NCBI GenBank assembly: GCA_009377745.1
Contig: WHTK01000016.1
Location: 1,328 to 65,327 of the forward strand
Length of the DNA stretch: 64,000 nt
DNA from: Dehalococcoidia bacterium
Lineage (GTDB): Bacteria; Chloroflexota; Dehalococcoidia; DSTF01; WHTK01
Direction of reading: 5' to 3'
The notes below the pieces were generated by a model. The model had not been told where the DNA came from and searched no databases. It saw only the letters and a list, made by a program, of their open reading frames with translations. The translations under genes and the position numbers were made by a program. This document shows positions 1-11,404 of the stretch, piece after piece (within the stretch, counting starts at the first letter, position 1; every line of letters begins with the position of its first letter).

Positions 1-641
1 GCGATGTAGGCGGCGCGGTTGCCTTTCGGAGACCAAATTACGCGGTCGTCGAGCCGGCGTTTGCCGGATCCGTCAGAGCGCATTAGCCAGTACTCGGCGT
101 TCGGTGCTTCGCCCTCGCTGAAGGCCAGCCAGTCGCCATCGGCAGACCACAGTGGACTGGAGGCTTGTCCACCCGTGGTGATTTGAAGCGGCGTGCCGTC
201 CGGCAGCGCCATCAGCCAGAGGTCGCCATTCTGGATGTAAGCCAGCTTTCCCAGCGCCCCGGGTGCCAGGGCAGCCTCGCGTCTCTCATTCGAGACGAAG
301 ACACCGAGCGCCATTGCCGCAATGATCACGACGGAGCCAACGACAAGCGCGCCGCCGGCGAGATTCGCGAGTGGTGCGCGGAGTGGCCAGGCGAACAACC
401 CCCACGCCGACCAGCGTCTGCGTGACGGTCCGACGGGCTCGCGTTGCCAGGCCGCCGCCTCGACGCGGTTGCGTACTCCGAGCTTCGATAGGATCTCCGA
501 AACGTGGTACTTTACGCCGTTCTCTGAGATACCGAGGCGTGCACCAATCTCGTCATTCTTGAGGCCCTCGCGAATGAGCTCTAGGACCTGCCATTCCCGA
601 GGTGTCAGGATGTCGTCGTGCTTTGGGCGCCCGCGGCTCAT
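1..641 (-). CDS. LuxR-type HTH + transmembrane helix + TolB/PD40-like beta-propeller fusion protein (3' end outside window)
   Basis: Hand translation from ATG at 641: MSRGRPKHDDILTPREWQVLELIREGLKNDEIGARLGISENGVKYHVSEILSKLG (LuxR HTH), a hydrophobic stretch, then LGKLAYIQNGDLW...PLWSADGDWLAF. Absent from the ORF track because it runs off the edge. Confidence 0.85.
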   Translation of the reverse strand, partial: MSRGRPKHDDILTPREWQVLELIREGLKNDEIGARLGISENGVKYHVSEILSKLGVRNRVEAAAWQREPVGPSRRRWSAWGLFAWPLRAPLANLAGGALVVGSVVIIAAMALGVFVSNERREAALAPGALGKLAYIQNGDLWLMALPDGTPLQITTGGQASSPLWSADGDWLAFSEGEAPNAEYWLMRSDGSGKRRLDDRVIWSPKGNRAAYI

Positions 642-850
642 GCGGTCAGATTACTCAGGCCGCCGGCGAATTACCCTACTCGAACGCCTTTCTGGCGGAC
701 ACAGATCAGACTCGAGAGCCAACCCAAGCGCCGCAGTATCAACTCGGAGGATCCCTAACACTCGTCATGATTTCAACTCGGGCGGCGGCAACTAGCGAGG
801 GTAGGGTAATCAGCGAGCCGGGTTGGTAGACTCGATTTTCAGCATGGCCT

Positions 851-2389
851 TTGAAAACTTTGGACAGGAAGCGTTTGGGCTGGCGGCGCCAGTTGATGTT
901 TGGAGTCCATGAACCTGTGATCTCCTTGAGTGTTAGAGGCGTTGTTCGAATCAGTCTGGCCCTCGGCGCGCTCCTCGCCATGGCTTGTCAAGGTGACAAC
1001 GCGCCTCAAGACGCGCCAACCGGCAGGTCCGCCGTTGAGCCAACGTTGGCAATCCCTTCCGCACGGGAACTCCTCGAGGCTCCCGTCGCCGAAGTTCAGC
1101 CGCCGGCGCCAAGACCTGTTCCTGCCACGTCCGGTCTCGGCAGGCTCGCTTACATCGGAGATGGCGACCTTTGGGTTAAGGACATCGACAGCGGTGCGGA
1201 GCATCGCCTGACCACGACCGGCGACGTCGTCTTGCCAAGATGGTCCGCTTCGGGGGATTGGCTGCTCTATCAGCGTGACCTGCCAGGGCAGGTGAGCCAG
1301 GCATGGCTGATCAAACATGACGGCACTCTCGAAAGACAGCTTGAAGCAGAGGTGGATAAAGCTCTCCAGTGGACACCGGACGATATTGCCTGGTCGCCCT
1401 TCGATGACGTGGTGGCGTTCGTCTCGGATGCCGACTCACTTGTCATCGAGTCCGCAGACGGCACAACCGGACGTACACTACTACCTCCAATGGCAAATGC
1501 GGGGCTGCCTGCAGGTCGCTCAAATCTGCGCTGGAGCCCCGACGGCGAGTGGATCGCGTTTCGGGAGCACACGGGTCCACCGCGATCGGCGCGCATCAGA
1601 GCCGTGCGAGTTGACACGGGCGACGTAAAGGAGCTGGTCTCCTTGACAGCGTCCCAGGTCGATTGTGTCGATTTGAGGGGATGGTCGGGAGATAGTGCTT
1701 TCGTCCTGTTCTCCGCCCAGACGTGCAGCGCTTCGCTCCGGGCGGACGGCCTGGCGTTGCTCTCTGTACCCCTATTCGCTTCTGATCCGCTACTCCCTTC
1801 AGGCGAGGAACTAGCCCAAGGCCCCGTCACCCTTTTCCATGGTGACTTTGTTGCGCCCGCACCGGACTCATCCGTTATAGCGATCGCGGATGGTGGTGGA
1901 CGTGAGACATGGACATCAAAGTCAGTTTCTTTGCTCGATGCGGCGACCGGCGCCATGAAGACCTTAACTGCGCCTGACACGGCAGCGTTCTCGCCGGGGT
2001 GGTCGCCCGACAGGACGAAGCTCGTCTACGTTGCGGCACCGGATATCGGCCGCGTAGGTGGCGGCGAACCCGCCCGCCTCGGGTCGAATCAACGTCGAAT
2101 CTGGGTGATGCGTGGCGACGGCGGAGGGCAGACGCCGGTTACGTCCGACGACGCGTACCGAGACGAATATCCTGTCTGGACGCTGGATGGATCACAGATT
2201 CTGTTCGCACGCCTCGATTCAGGGAACCAAGCATCAGTTTGGATAGTGAACTCGAGAGGCGGATCGCCGACTAAGATCGCGGACGTTTCGACGCCAGTAG
2301 CCTCATTTGCAATGCCATGGTTCGGCTATTACGGTCATGTCGATTGGAAGTATCTTTACGACTTCTGGCCCGGCCAGACTGCGCCCTGA
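851..2389 (+). CDS. TolB-like/PD40 repeat beta-propeller protein, probable lipoprotein (true start likely downstream of 851)
   Basis: Repeated WSPDG-type motifs; lipobox-like LLAMAC. Confidence 0.8.
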   Translation: MKTLDRKRLGWRRQLMFGVHEPVISLSVRGVVRISLALGALLAMACQGDNAPQDAPTGRSAVEPTLAIPSARELLEAPVAEVQPPAPRPVPATSGLGRLAYIGDGDLWVKDIDSGAEHRLTTTGDVVLPRWSASGDWLLYQRDLPGQVSQAWLIKHDGTLERQLEAEVDKALQWTPDDIAWSPFDDVVAFVSDADSLVIESADGTTGRTLLPPMANAGLPAGRSNLRWSPDGEWIAFREHTGPPRSARIRAVRVDTGDVKELVSLTASQVDCVDLRGWSGDSAFVLFSAQTCSASLRADGLALLSVPLFASDPLLPSGEELAQGPVTLFHGDFVAPAPDSSVIAIADGGGRETWTSKSVSLLDAATGAMKTLTAPDTAAFSPGWSPDRTKLVYVAAPDIGRVGGGEPARLGSNQRRIWVMRGDGGGQTPVTSDDAYRDEYPVWTLDGSQILFARLDSGNQASVWIVNSRGGSPTKIADVSTPVASFAMPWFGYYGHVDWKYLYDFWPGQTAP

Positions 2390-2619
2390 TCCAGACAGGA
2401 AATGCGGGCGGGGCTCAGCATCGCGAATGCGTCTCCGCTCTTGTCTGGTCCGGCCAGGCCTCGCCAGAATGTGCTCGCTCGCAGGCTGTCATCCTACACA
2501 CGCGCCCTCGCCAGGGCCTAATTTGTTCACTCGCGCTCTCGCTTCCAGTCATTGGCCAGTTGGTCTCGGGTTGGGAACCACTGGAATCGTTGTCCTGATC
2601 GCCCTCGTATTTCTGTTCT

Positions 2620-3240
2620 TTGGTCCTCTATGACCTCGAAACTGAGCAGGCCAGCGCGGTTGGCACTGAAACTATTCAGCCCGCGCTGTTGCGGGCCACG
2701 CTCGAAGGCGACGCCCAGGCCGTGCGCCGCGCCTGGCCGCAACAGTTGGGCCTTCGCGTCCTTACAAGCGCGCCAGGGCACCAGCTTACCCAGGGCATCC
2801 TCTCGCTACCGGTGATGACGCCTGAACAACGTGAAGAAGGCTGGCTGTTTTTGCGGGGCCTGCCATATATGGCGACCTCTGCCGCGGTCTTCTACGGGCT
2901 GCGCTTCGACCCTGTAGAGATTCGGCTGGACGTCATGTTCTCCAACTTGCATCGGCGCTGGGCAAGCGAGCTCCGCGACCTCGATGGCGACGGACTGCCG
3001 GAGGTCATCATCAACGAAGGCGACGCCTACGCCTTCAGCGGTGCCTCCGGCATCGATGAGCAGTTCATGCGACTGCTTCACTGGCGCGATGGCGATCTTG
3101 TCGAAGTCGAACTCGCGGTCCCATCTGGACTACCCACCGGCGTGGCCGACACAGTGAGCGAAGCACTGAGCTTCGCGGAAGCAGGACTATGGCTCGACGC
3201 AACGATGAGCGCCTCATCCGATCGAACACGAAGCGGATAA
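2620..3240 (+). pseudogene. Fragment of an exported protein with an FG-GAP-like Ca-binding motif
   Basis: DLDGDGLPEV motif; a TM segment lies upstream in another frame; 3' end collides with the truncated PHP gene near 3220. Confidence 0.45.
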
Positions 3241-4147
3241 GCTCAACCGTTAGAGACTTGCCAACGCCCGTGCCGCCGATAAGACAGCTAACGTGATCGC
3301 TAAACCTGAACTGCTGGCCTTGAAGGAAGCCGCCATTGACCCATAGGCCTTCGATGACATACTCCGGCTCAGGACTTGGATCGGCGACGAAACGCACCCG
3401 CATGTCAGGGTCAAGAAGTGCTTGCTTGATCCCCTGGATCGATATGTCATCCATCTTGAGAAAGCAGAGGCGGGAGCCGATGGAGTCCAGTTGATGAAAT
3501 CCTCCGCCCTCTGCTTCATGACAGTCGGATGACTGAACGCACGGCACGCGTCGGGAATAGCCAGGCATCTTCCCGCCTAGGTACACGTCTCGCTTAGCGG
3601 TATCGGTGATTTCGAATGCCCTAATAGCGCGGCAAGCGTGAATGCGCGCCTTATCCGCGCCCACCTTCACCATACGCATGAACCCCTTCTCACCGTCCAC
3701 GTGCGCGGCTATGGCGACGCCACCCACTTCCTCGACCAGCTTGGCCACTTCGTCCATGTTGCCCGTGGCTAAGGCCGAGTCCTTGCCAAGTTCGGCCTGC
3801 TTGATACCAGCATTCATGAGAAAGCCGTTGATGGTTTCCGATGTCTTGTCCGTCTCGAAGATCGCAAGCAGGTGTCCTTGCCGAGTAGAAATCTCGACGC
3901 CGGGGAACACGTGCAGCGTCGTGCCTTGGGCAGCGTCGATCACCTTGTCGCAATACTCGGCCGTGTTGTGATCCGTTACCGCGATGATGTCGAGTCCCTT
4001 GGCGAGAGCCTGGTTCACGACCTCTTCGGGGCCAAGAGCCTGCCACTTCTTGTCAGTGTCGGGCGAAGCCTGCGTGTGAATGTGCAGATCGGCAGCCAGA
4101 AACCTGGCACCGCTGGATTGTTCCAGTAGAGTCTGAATCTCCTTCAT
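3215..4147 (-). pseudogene. PHP domain + AAA ATPase (Ppl/TrlF-like), truncated just after Walker A
   Basis: ADLHIHT, AVTDHNT, GVEIS, AAHVD, SSDCH PHP motifs; IGGTGVGKS P-loop, after which similarity is lost. Confidence 0.75.
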
Positions 4148-4160
4148 TTCCCTCACCCCC

Positions 4161-4189
4161 AAAAAGAAAAACCGCCCAATAGGGCGGTT
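4161..4189 (-). terminator. Intrinsic terminator immediately upstream of the PHP-ATPase RBS
   Basis: AACCGCCC-TATT-GGGCGGTT followed by a T-rich run on the minus strand. Confidence 0.7.
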
Positions 4190-4321
4190 CGCAACGTTTT
4201 GAAGTGGCAGATCGAGCTAGAGGACGACCAGCCAGGCCTACACGTCGCGGGCGTCCGCCCGCGTGATGTTGGCTCTGCGGCATCTCCGGCAATCGGTGTG
4301 CACCAGCAAGGACGCACGAAT

Positions 4322-4373
4322 CGAACACACGTTCATTGCGGAAGATTCTACGTGCCCGACACGGGGATAGCAA
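4322..4373 (-). promoter_or_regulatory. Sigma70-type promoter with a LexA (SOS) box just downstream of the predicted TSS
   Basis: Minus strand TTGCTA-N17-TAGAAT (4373-4345); CGAAC-ACAC-GTTCA at 4322-4335. Confidence 0.6.
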
Positions 4374-4660
4374 TAGCGCATAGGACAGATTGTCAAGCCG
4401 ATTGTCTACGGGATGCCTTCGTGCTCGATGTCCTCAAAGACAATCTTCGGAGTCCGGCGGTTTCATTCGGCCTCCCTCTAGGCTCTTTCGACATCCGGCG
4501 CTTCATATTCACGGTGAATGTGTCGGGTTCCTGCGTGGCCTACAGCCGATAGTACCTCCGATGCTCTCTGCGCGGAGCGGAGGATCGGCAGTCAGGGTGA
4601 GCCGTACCACGAAGGCATCTTCGGACCGCTGATCGATGATGCAGCGGTCGCTCTCATTGC

Positions 4661-5719
4661 CTACCCGCGTGGCCTTCTGACCCGCAGGTCGAGGCCGTCG
4701 AGATGATCGTAACTCCGTTCACGCTTCAGGCGTTCGTTCGTTGCCACGTGGCTGTACCTTTCCGTGACACTCGGTTGGGAGTGACCCATGAAGCGTTGCA
4801 GCGTCAGCGTCGGAATGCCGAGTTCGGAACTCCGTGTGCCGTAAGTGTGGCGTAGCAGGTGAGGATGAAGCCTGGCTATCCCCGTCTTCTTCGCTGCCCG
4901 CTTGAACGTCATCTCAAAGCTCGCGACCGTCATAGGGTAGCCGTCCCGGTTAAGGAAGAACTCACCCACGTTCGGCGTCGCCAGCTCGGGCCGATGGAGA
5001 AGGGTGTAGCGTTGGAGGACCCAGCCGACCTTGTGACCGAAGGGTATGGAGCGCTGCTTCTTTCCCTTGCCCCAGACCGTGATGAAGCCCTCGTCGATGT
5101 TCACTGCAGCGGCCTTGAGCCTAAGAATCTCGGCCCGCCGGAGGCCGGTCGAGAGCATGAGCATGAACAGGGCTTTGTCGCGACACTCTCCCGGCTTGAG
5201 CTCCGAGTAGGCGTTGAGCAGTTTGAGCTCCTCTGCGGTCGTCAGAGGTTGCAGCTCCTTTTCCTCCAGCTTGGGCATCTTCAACGATGCCATGATGTTC
5301 ACTGGCACGAGGCCCTCATCAAAGAGCCAGGAGGAGAAGCCTCGGACAGCTCGGTAGAAGCCGTGAATGTGACCGGCTGACGGCGGCTCTTCGGAGGGTC
5401 GCTTGAAGCGGTGGTCGCGGTACTTTCCCTCGGATTGCTTCTCAAGGATGAAGAAGCGAAAGCCGCCGATGTCGAGGTCCGCCAGCGTTGGTTCACGTTC
5501 CAGTCGGCCTTGAAGGTTGCTGACGAAGGGCGTGAGGCGCTGTTTGTACCAGGCGATGGTGTGCGGACTGAGATTACGGGCCCGGTAGGCCGCCTCGAAG
5601 AACTCGAGCGCCTTCCAAAGGCTGATGCGCGCCTGTGGCTGGCGCTCCCACAAAGATGTCGCGGTGTTGTTCATGGCCACCCCAGAATGCTGGTTCACAC
5701 CAAGCGACGTGCTCTTCAC
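4661..5719 (-). CDS. Tyrosine recombinase/integrase (start possibly 5674)
   Basis: Catalytic residues in TGLRRAE, GKGKKQR, HLLRHT, MGHS, TERY; adjacent to a tRNA 3' fragment. Confidence 0.92.
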   Translation of the reverse strand: MKSTSLGVNQHSGVAMNNTATSLWERQPQARISLWKALEFFEAAYRARNLSPHTIAWYKQRLTPFVSNLQGRLEREPTLADLDIGGFRFFILEKQSEGKYRDHRFKRPSEEPPSAGHIHGFYRAVRGFSSWLFDEGLVPVNIMASLKMPKLEEKELQPLTTAEELKLLNAYSELKPGECRDKALFMLMLSTGLRRAEILRLKAAAVNIDEGFITVWGKGKKQRSIPFGHKVGWVLQRYTLLHRPELATPNVGEFFLNRDGYPMTVASFEMTFKRAAKKTGIARLHPHLLRHTYGTRSSELGIPTLTLQRFMGHSQPSVTERYSHVATNERLKRERSYDHLDGLDLRVRRPRG

Positions 5720-5839
5720 ACCTGCCGGACGTGAACTTCACGGTGGCCAACGCGAGAATAGTCCGTTGGTCTATTTCAGTGAAAACCTCTCACCGAAATG
5801 TAAAATCTACCAACGGCTCAGATGCAAAATCTGGGTAAA

Positions 5840-5896
5840 TGGTGGGCCCTCTGGGATTCGAACCCAGGACCGACGGATTAAGTGTCCGCTGCTCTA
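5840..5896 (-). tRNA. tRNA-Lys(CTT) 3' fragment (att-like, 5' end missing)
   Basis: TAGAGCAGCGGA-CACTTAA-TCCGTCGGTCCTGGGTTCGAATCCCAGAGGGCCCACCA; upstream sequence cannot form the acceptor or D stems. Confidence 0.8.
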
Positions 5897-6263
5897 GTCA
5901 TCCCGCGCGAACCTGCCTCAAAGGCTGGCGCACGCGAAACCTTTCGACAGTTCCCGCCCGCACCGATCCGGATCGTCTCGCTGAGCTAGAGGATCGCCTA
6001 GCGAGTGCGAGACCGGTCAAGACCGACTAATTCGCGCGATTGGTAGGGAGGAACGAACCTATCCGAGGACCATCGGATCCGGGCCGGTCCGTCTGGTAAT
6101 CCAGCCGTGGCTGATTCCGATGTGTATGCCGAGTCAGGACGGCTGCCATAGAACTAGGAGTCTGACGGTGTCAGGCCGAGGTTCCCATACGAGTGAGGTC
6201 CCTGAGGCCAGCCCCTTAGTCGCGGGGCCGGTTGGCCGTTCCACCAAGACCCTCGGTGACTCG

Positions 6264-6797
6264 CTACCGCTGAGGTACTAGCTGGACACCTGACCCTGCG
6301 ACGAAGGTGATGCGCTTGTCCACCAGCGGTGCCTTCAAAGTGTCCCACACGCCGAGTCCCTGCTTAACGGATAGCGTTAGGTCGCCATCATCGTCGTTCT
6401 TGCCGGAGGTCGTCTCTGTTATGGGCTTGAACGGGAACCGGTAGAGCACTTCCTTCCTCTCGTCGTCAGTGAGGTCGATGAAGGTGCCGTCTACGATGAC
6501 CTGCGGAATGGTGCCAACCGTTCGAAGTGGTTCAGCGACACTTTCTGCATCGGTCGCACCGACTGGTCTGATGATCTCCAGGATGGCGCGTACCAACGCG
6601 ACCTCCAGGTGCTGAACGTTATTGACGATGGTCGCCTGGTGTACCTGAATATCCTGAAGGCCGTGGAAGATCATGTCGCGGGCGTGATCAAGCTCCTGCC
6701 AGAGTCTGATCGGCCACTCACGACTGCGAGTGCATGTTTCATACCGCCCCTTGCGCCACCATGATCGATGCCAGCCAGGTGGTTGCAGACCGCGCAC
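6264..6797 (-). CDS. Hypothetical protein (start uncertain)
   Basis: 177-aa ORF with protein-like composition; no recognised motif. Confidence 0.4.
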   Translation of the reverse strand: MRGLQPPGWHRSWWRKGRYETCTRSREWPIRLWQELDHARDMIFHGLQDIQVHQATIVNNVQHLEVALVRAILEIIRPVGATDAESVAEPLRTVGTIPQVIVDGTFIDLTDDERKEVLYRFPFKPITETTSGKNDDDGDLTLSVKQGLGVWDTLKAPLVDKRITFVAGSGVQLVPQR

Positions 6798-6854
6798 GCG
6801 GCACGGTCAAACCTGTGAATCCGGTTATGAAGAATGTCGCCTACCGCTTCCGCC

Positions 6855-7190
6855 CGCCGGAATGCCGATCCCGAAAATCCCTGTGGCGAGACCACCAGCA
6901 AAGGCGAGTGAAGCGAATGTCCCTGTTCCTCCTTCGGCAGCAATCAGGCGGCTGCGGAGAATCCCGACGAACCACACGAAAGCCAGGGAGCCCAGCATGA
7001 ACAGCCAGCCTCCCGATATGACGGCGTCCGTGCTCTCCTGGAAGTGGCCAAGGACCTGCTCCGGGGCTTCTTCTGGCACTCCTCCGGGCAGGCCCACGTG
7101 GCCACCCCCGATAATGGCGACCCCGACGACCCACAGCACGACGGCGAGGACGCCGGCAAGCGCGGAAAAGCGCTCGAACCGATCAGACAT
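6855..7190 (-). pseudogene. Truncated membrane protein (DUF4386-like)
   Basis: Strong RBS (AAGGAGGA) and three TM helices, then abrupt loss of hydrophobicity. Confidence 0.55.
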
Positions 7191-7348
7191 GCGATTCCTC
7201 CTTGGTTTCGTTGGTCGGTACCGATGCTAGGTGCGCGGCGCTGCCGGCGGAGAGCCGGATGGCCGGAGACCGAGCGGGGGCTAGCCTCCGTCCTGGCGGG
7301 CGCTGGCCCGGTTGCGCATTTTGGGCGCGCCGGTGGATCATTTGCCGC

Positions 7349-9569
7349 GTGACAGGATTCCGGCTGGTTCCAATGCTCGCCGCGGTCTTCGCCCTCGCCG
7401 CGACCGTCGGCGGTCTCGTCCTGCTCGTGAGTGAGGGGATCGCCCTCAGCGATCCTGTCGTCGAAGTCGTCGAGACGGGCTTCAGCACCACTCTCATCGG
7501 GCTGCTTCTGCTTTGGCAGCGGCCGGAGAACCGGATGGGCGGCATACTCATGGCCGCCGGGGTCCTCTTCGGGGTATCCACGCTCGCGGCGGGCGTCCTC
7601 GAGTCATCGGCCGGGCCACGGCTCGCAAGTGAGGCTGCCTTTGCGTGGATCTGGCTCGGCCAGGCCCCGCTCGCCCTGGTCTGGGCGCTGACGATCCTGG
7701 CCCTGCCCGATGGGAAGGTAGGAGGCGGGTTGCGGCGCAGCTTCCTGGCCGCGGCGGGCGTCATCTCGATCGGGCTCGCGACCGTCCAGTACGCCTTCGC
7801 GGGACAGGGACGGGTGCCCGAGTTCCCGCCCGCCCGGGCGCCTGCCGATCTGGCTGGACCGCTCGCCCACCTCGGCGGCTTGGAACCGCTCTATCAGTTG
7901 GGACAGGCCTTCTTCCCCGTGCTTCCCTTACTTGCCCTCCTCGGCCTGATCGCCCGCTTCCGTAGTGCCGACCCGGTCGTCCGCCAGCAGCTCAAGTGGG
8001 TGCTGCTCGCCGCGGCCCTGACCGTCCTCGCAAACGTCCTGCGCGTACTCCTTCACGCCGCCGGCGGTAGCCTCGATACGGCGGGCGCTGCCCTTGGTCT
8101 GGCCGCCTCGCCCCTGCCCGCGCTGGGCATCGCCTTCGCCGTCCTCCGCTACCGCCTGTGGGAGCTCGACCTGCTGGTCTCACGCGCCCTCATCTACGGG
8201 TTGCTCTCGTTGACGCTGGCGGCCGTCTTCCTGGCCGTCGCGCTCGCCGTCGGTCTCCTGGCCGGCGGCTCGGGCGTGCTCGTCCCGGTGGCGCTTGCAC
8301 TGCTTGTCGCGCTTGCGGCACAGCCGCTACGGTTGCGGCTGGAGCGGCTCGTGCGACGGCTCATCTACGGAGAGGAGCCGGCCGGCTACGCGGTCGTGGC
8401 CCGCTTCGGTGAAACCCTCACGGAGGCCGCCCGCGCCGGCGAGCTCGCGCCGCAGATCGCCGAGTCGGCGCGACGAGCGCTGCGGACGTCATGGGCTGGC
8501 GTCTGGCTGCGGGTCGAGTCCGGCGCCGCCGCGGCTCTCCGTCCGGCAGCTGTCGCCGGCGCGGACAATGGCGCGTCGGTACTCCTCGAGAAGGACGTCA
8601 TGGCTTGGCTCGCCTGTCTCTCCGGCCCTCTTCTCGCCAACGATGTCGCGTCCCAAGTGAGAGCTGCACTTGATCCCGTTTGGTGGCTGGAGCCGGCCGC
8701 ACTCGCTCCGCTCTCGGCCGGCAACGAACTGGTGGGCATCTTAATCTGCGGGGAGCGCGACGGCCGGCCGCTTGCCGTGCCTGACCTCGAGCTCATCGCC
8801 GTGCTCGCTCGCTCGGCCGCCCTCGCGCTCCGCAACCTGCGGCTCGAGGCCGAGCTCCGCAGCCGCCTTGAGGAGATCGAAGGGCAGGCGGAGGAGCTGC
8901 GCCGCTCACGGCGGCGACTCGTCACCGCCCAGGACACAGAACGCAGACGGATAGAGCGCGACCTCCACGACGGCATTCAGCAGCAACTCGTCAGTCTGGC
9001 AGCGAAGCTGACGCGCGCCTCTCGTTCCGCCCCCACTGAGGCCCAAGGGTTTCTGCGGGAGGCCGCCGCCGGACGCTGAGGAGTCTGTCTTCGCCCTACA
9101 AGAGCTCGCACGCGGCATCTACCCAAGCCTGCTTGCCGACCAGGGGCTCGCCGCCGCGATCCGCACTCACGCGAACCGGCTGCCGGCCGCGGTCCGGGTC
9201 GAGGTCGAGCCCACGCTCGCCGGACAGCGCTTCGGGCGTGAGGTCGAGGCGGCCTTCTACTTCGTCGCGCTTGAGGCGATGGCTAATGCCCAAAAGTATG
9301 CTGCAGAGGCGAGCCTGACTGTCTCGCTCAGAAGCACCGATGACGGAAGGCGCCTCGTCCTCGAGGTCCATGACGATGGCCCCGGCTTCGACCCGCGCCA
9401 CATCACGCACGGCGCGGGCCTCCAGAACATGGCTGACCGTCTCGCCGCTGTTGGCGGTACACTGACCGTGGATAGCCGGCCGGGGGCGGGCGTCTGGGTC
9501 CGCGCCGAGGCGCCGCTGGAGGCGCAGGTCGTGACCCTCAACGGCCGGGCGACTCCCGCAGGTAGATGA
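7349..9569 (+). CDS. Membrane GAF/HisKA_3 sensor histidine kinase, frameshifted near 9070
   Basis: ERRRIERDLHDGIQQ H-box; NAQKYA, DDGPGFD and GAGL continue in another frame. Confidence 0.85.
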
Positions 9570-10224
9570 GCACGGCTGCCACACGCCGGTTGAGGTCGCT
9601 CTCCGGGGCGAGGCCGAGCTTCGAGAAGATCGTCGCGCTGCGCTTCTCCACCGTTCCGACGGAAACGTACAGCGCCTCGGCGATAAGCTTGTTCCCCAGG
9701 CCCTCAGCCATCAGCCGCAGCACATCGAGCTCTGCCGGTGTGAGCTCCGCGAGTGGCGAGCCGGGTTTGCGGGAGCGCTGGGCGAGGAGCTTGTCGACGA
9801 TACGCGGGTCGAGCACGGAGCCGCCGCTGGCCACCTCGCGAATCGCGCGCACGACCTGGTCGATATCCCCCACCCGCACCTTGTGCAGATAGCCGTAGCC
9901 CGCAACGCCGTGCTCGAGCAGCGCCCATACGTACCCTTCGTCGTCGTGCTGGGTCAGGATGACGATGCCGCTCTCGGGAAGCTCCTGCTTGATCACGTGA
10001 GCCGCCTCGATCCCTTCCATCGAATAGGTGGGCGGCATCTTGACGTCCATGAGGACCACGTCGGGTTTCAGCCGCCGCGCCTCGGCGAGGACGCCCTCGT
10101 AGTCAGAGGCCACGCCGACCACATCGAGGCCGCCGTTCTCCTCGAGCAGGCGCCTGGTGCCTTCGCGCATGAGGTACTGGTCCTCAGCGATCAGCACCCG
10201 CAGGCGAGCGTCATCCCGCTTCAC
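9538..10224 (-). CDS. NarL/LuxR family response regulator
   Basis: IAEDQ, VLMDVKMP receiver; LTPAELDVLRLMAEG HTH. Confidence 0.92.
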   Translation of the reverse strand: MKRDDARLRVLIAEDQYLMREGTRRLLEENGGLDVVGVASDYEGVLAEARRLKPDVVLMDVKMPPTYSMEGIEAAHVIKQELPESGIVILTQHDDEGYVWALLEHGVAGYGYLHKVRVGDIDQVVRAIREVASGGSVLDPRIVDKLLAQRSRKPGSPLAELTPAELDVLRLMAEGLGNKLIAEALYVSVGTVEKRSATIFSKLGLAPESDLNRRVAAVLIYLRESPGR

Positions 10225-10357
10225 GTCATTCTCCCCACCGCAGTCTCAGGCGGCTGTCAACAGGAAGCCGCAGTTGCTCTTGCTATCGGCCGTCCGCGGA
10301 GGCTGCCAATTCAAACTGCTGTCTCTAAGATAATAGGGAGATTGATGTCGGCCGCGT

Positions 10358-11404
10358 TCACTGCAGCGGCAGTGGCGGCTGCAGGACCGGCGGATCTCCG
10401 CTTACTTCAACGGACTGAACCCACTTGACCCAGTTGTAGCCGCGCCGTCCCGGCGCGACCAGTCGCGCTGGAAAGCCGTGCACCGGGCTGAGCGGCTCGC
10501 CCGCCACCTGAAGGGCCAAGAGCAGACGATCTGCATCATCGAGCCTAAACCGCCGGTCATAACCAGTGACGGATTTGACTATCAGCGAACGCGCCTCGTC
10601 GAGGACACGCGCCTCGGCCAACAGCGTGGAGATGTGTACGCCTTGCCAGTCCTGCCTCGTAAACCAGCCGCCCGTGCAGTCGAGAAGCGCCCGAGTAACT
10701 GAAGACGGCCGCGAGAGCAGGTCATCGTAAGTGAGAACCAGCTCACGGGCGACGTGCCCGCGTATCTGTAGACGCCATGTCACCTGATCGATCCGCTAGG
10801 TCTTGTCAAGAAACCAATTAGTCACGGGGTGGGCGTTGCCTGTAAAGCTGCCCTCCTCACGGGACCCGGTGAATCTTCTGTCAGCGCCTGAGAGAGAAGC
10901 TAATGCGCTCAGCCCTTCGCTCGTCTGCCAGATGATTGCTCCCGCGAAAGCGCCGGCGAGCGCGCGCAATGCTTGCCGGCGCGCGAGGAAGTCGTCCTTG
11001 CGTGGCGGGAACCAGCGTAGAACGACGTGAAGTACAAGTGGCATGAGAATGGCCAGCGATAGGATTACGTGCATGGTCAGTCCGGTTATCTCTCCGTAAA
11101 GCGGTATGGCGATGCGCGGCAAGCCCGCCGTTGACCAGAGGATCCCAGAGACGAGGGAACCGAGGAACAGCAGTGAGAGCAGGATAGGCAGCGCGGCCCA
11201 GGCACCCCATCGGCGCCGGGCGAATGACCGCAATGCAATGGCCGTCTTCCACGGCACCAACAAGGCAAGTGTCAGACCGCCGACGGCGTGGACCCAGAAT
11301 ACCCAGCGGCCGTCTGGCGTTCCCACCAGAAAGCCGGCGAAGCCGGATACGAACTCAACAGTGACGAGGACGAGGATGGTCAGGTTGACAGCGCGTGCGC
11401 TCAT
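10358..11404 (-). CDS. Membrane-anchored sulfite-oxidase-family molybdopterin oxidoreductase, frameshifted near 10800
   Basis: TM N-terminus; LDCTGGW and HGFPARLVAPGRRGYNWVKWV. Confidence 0.8.

Noticed and set aside
5900..6260. Possible structured RNA (CATCGGA...TCCGATG inverted repeat)
   Set aside because: Short stems are expected by chance at this GC content and no family was recognised.
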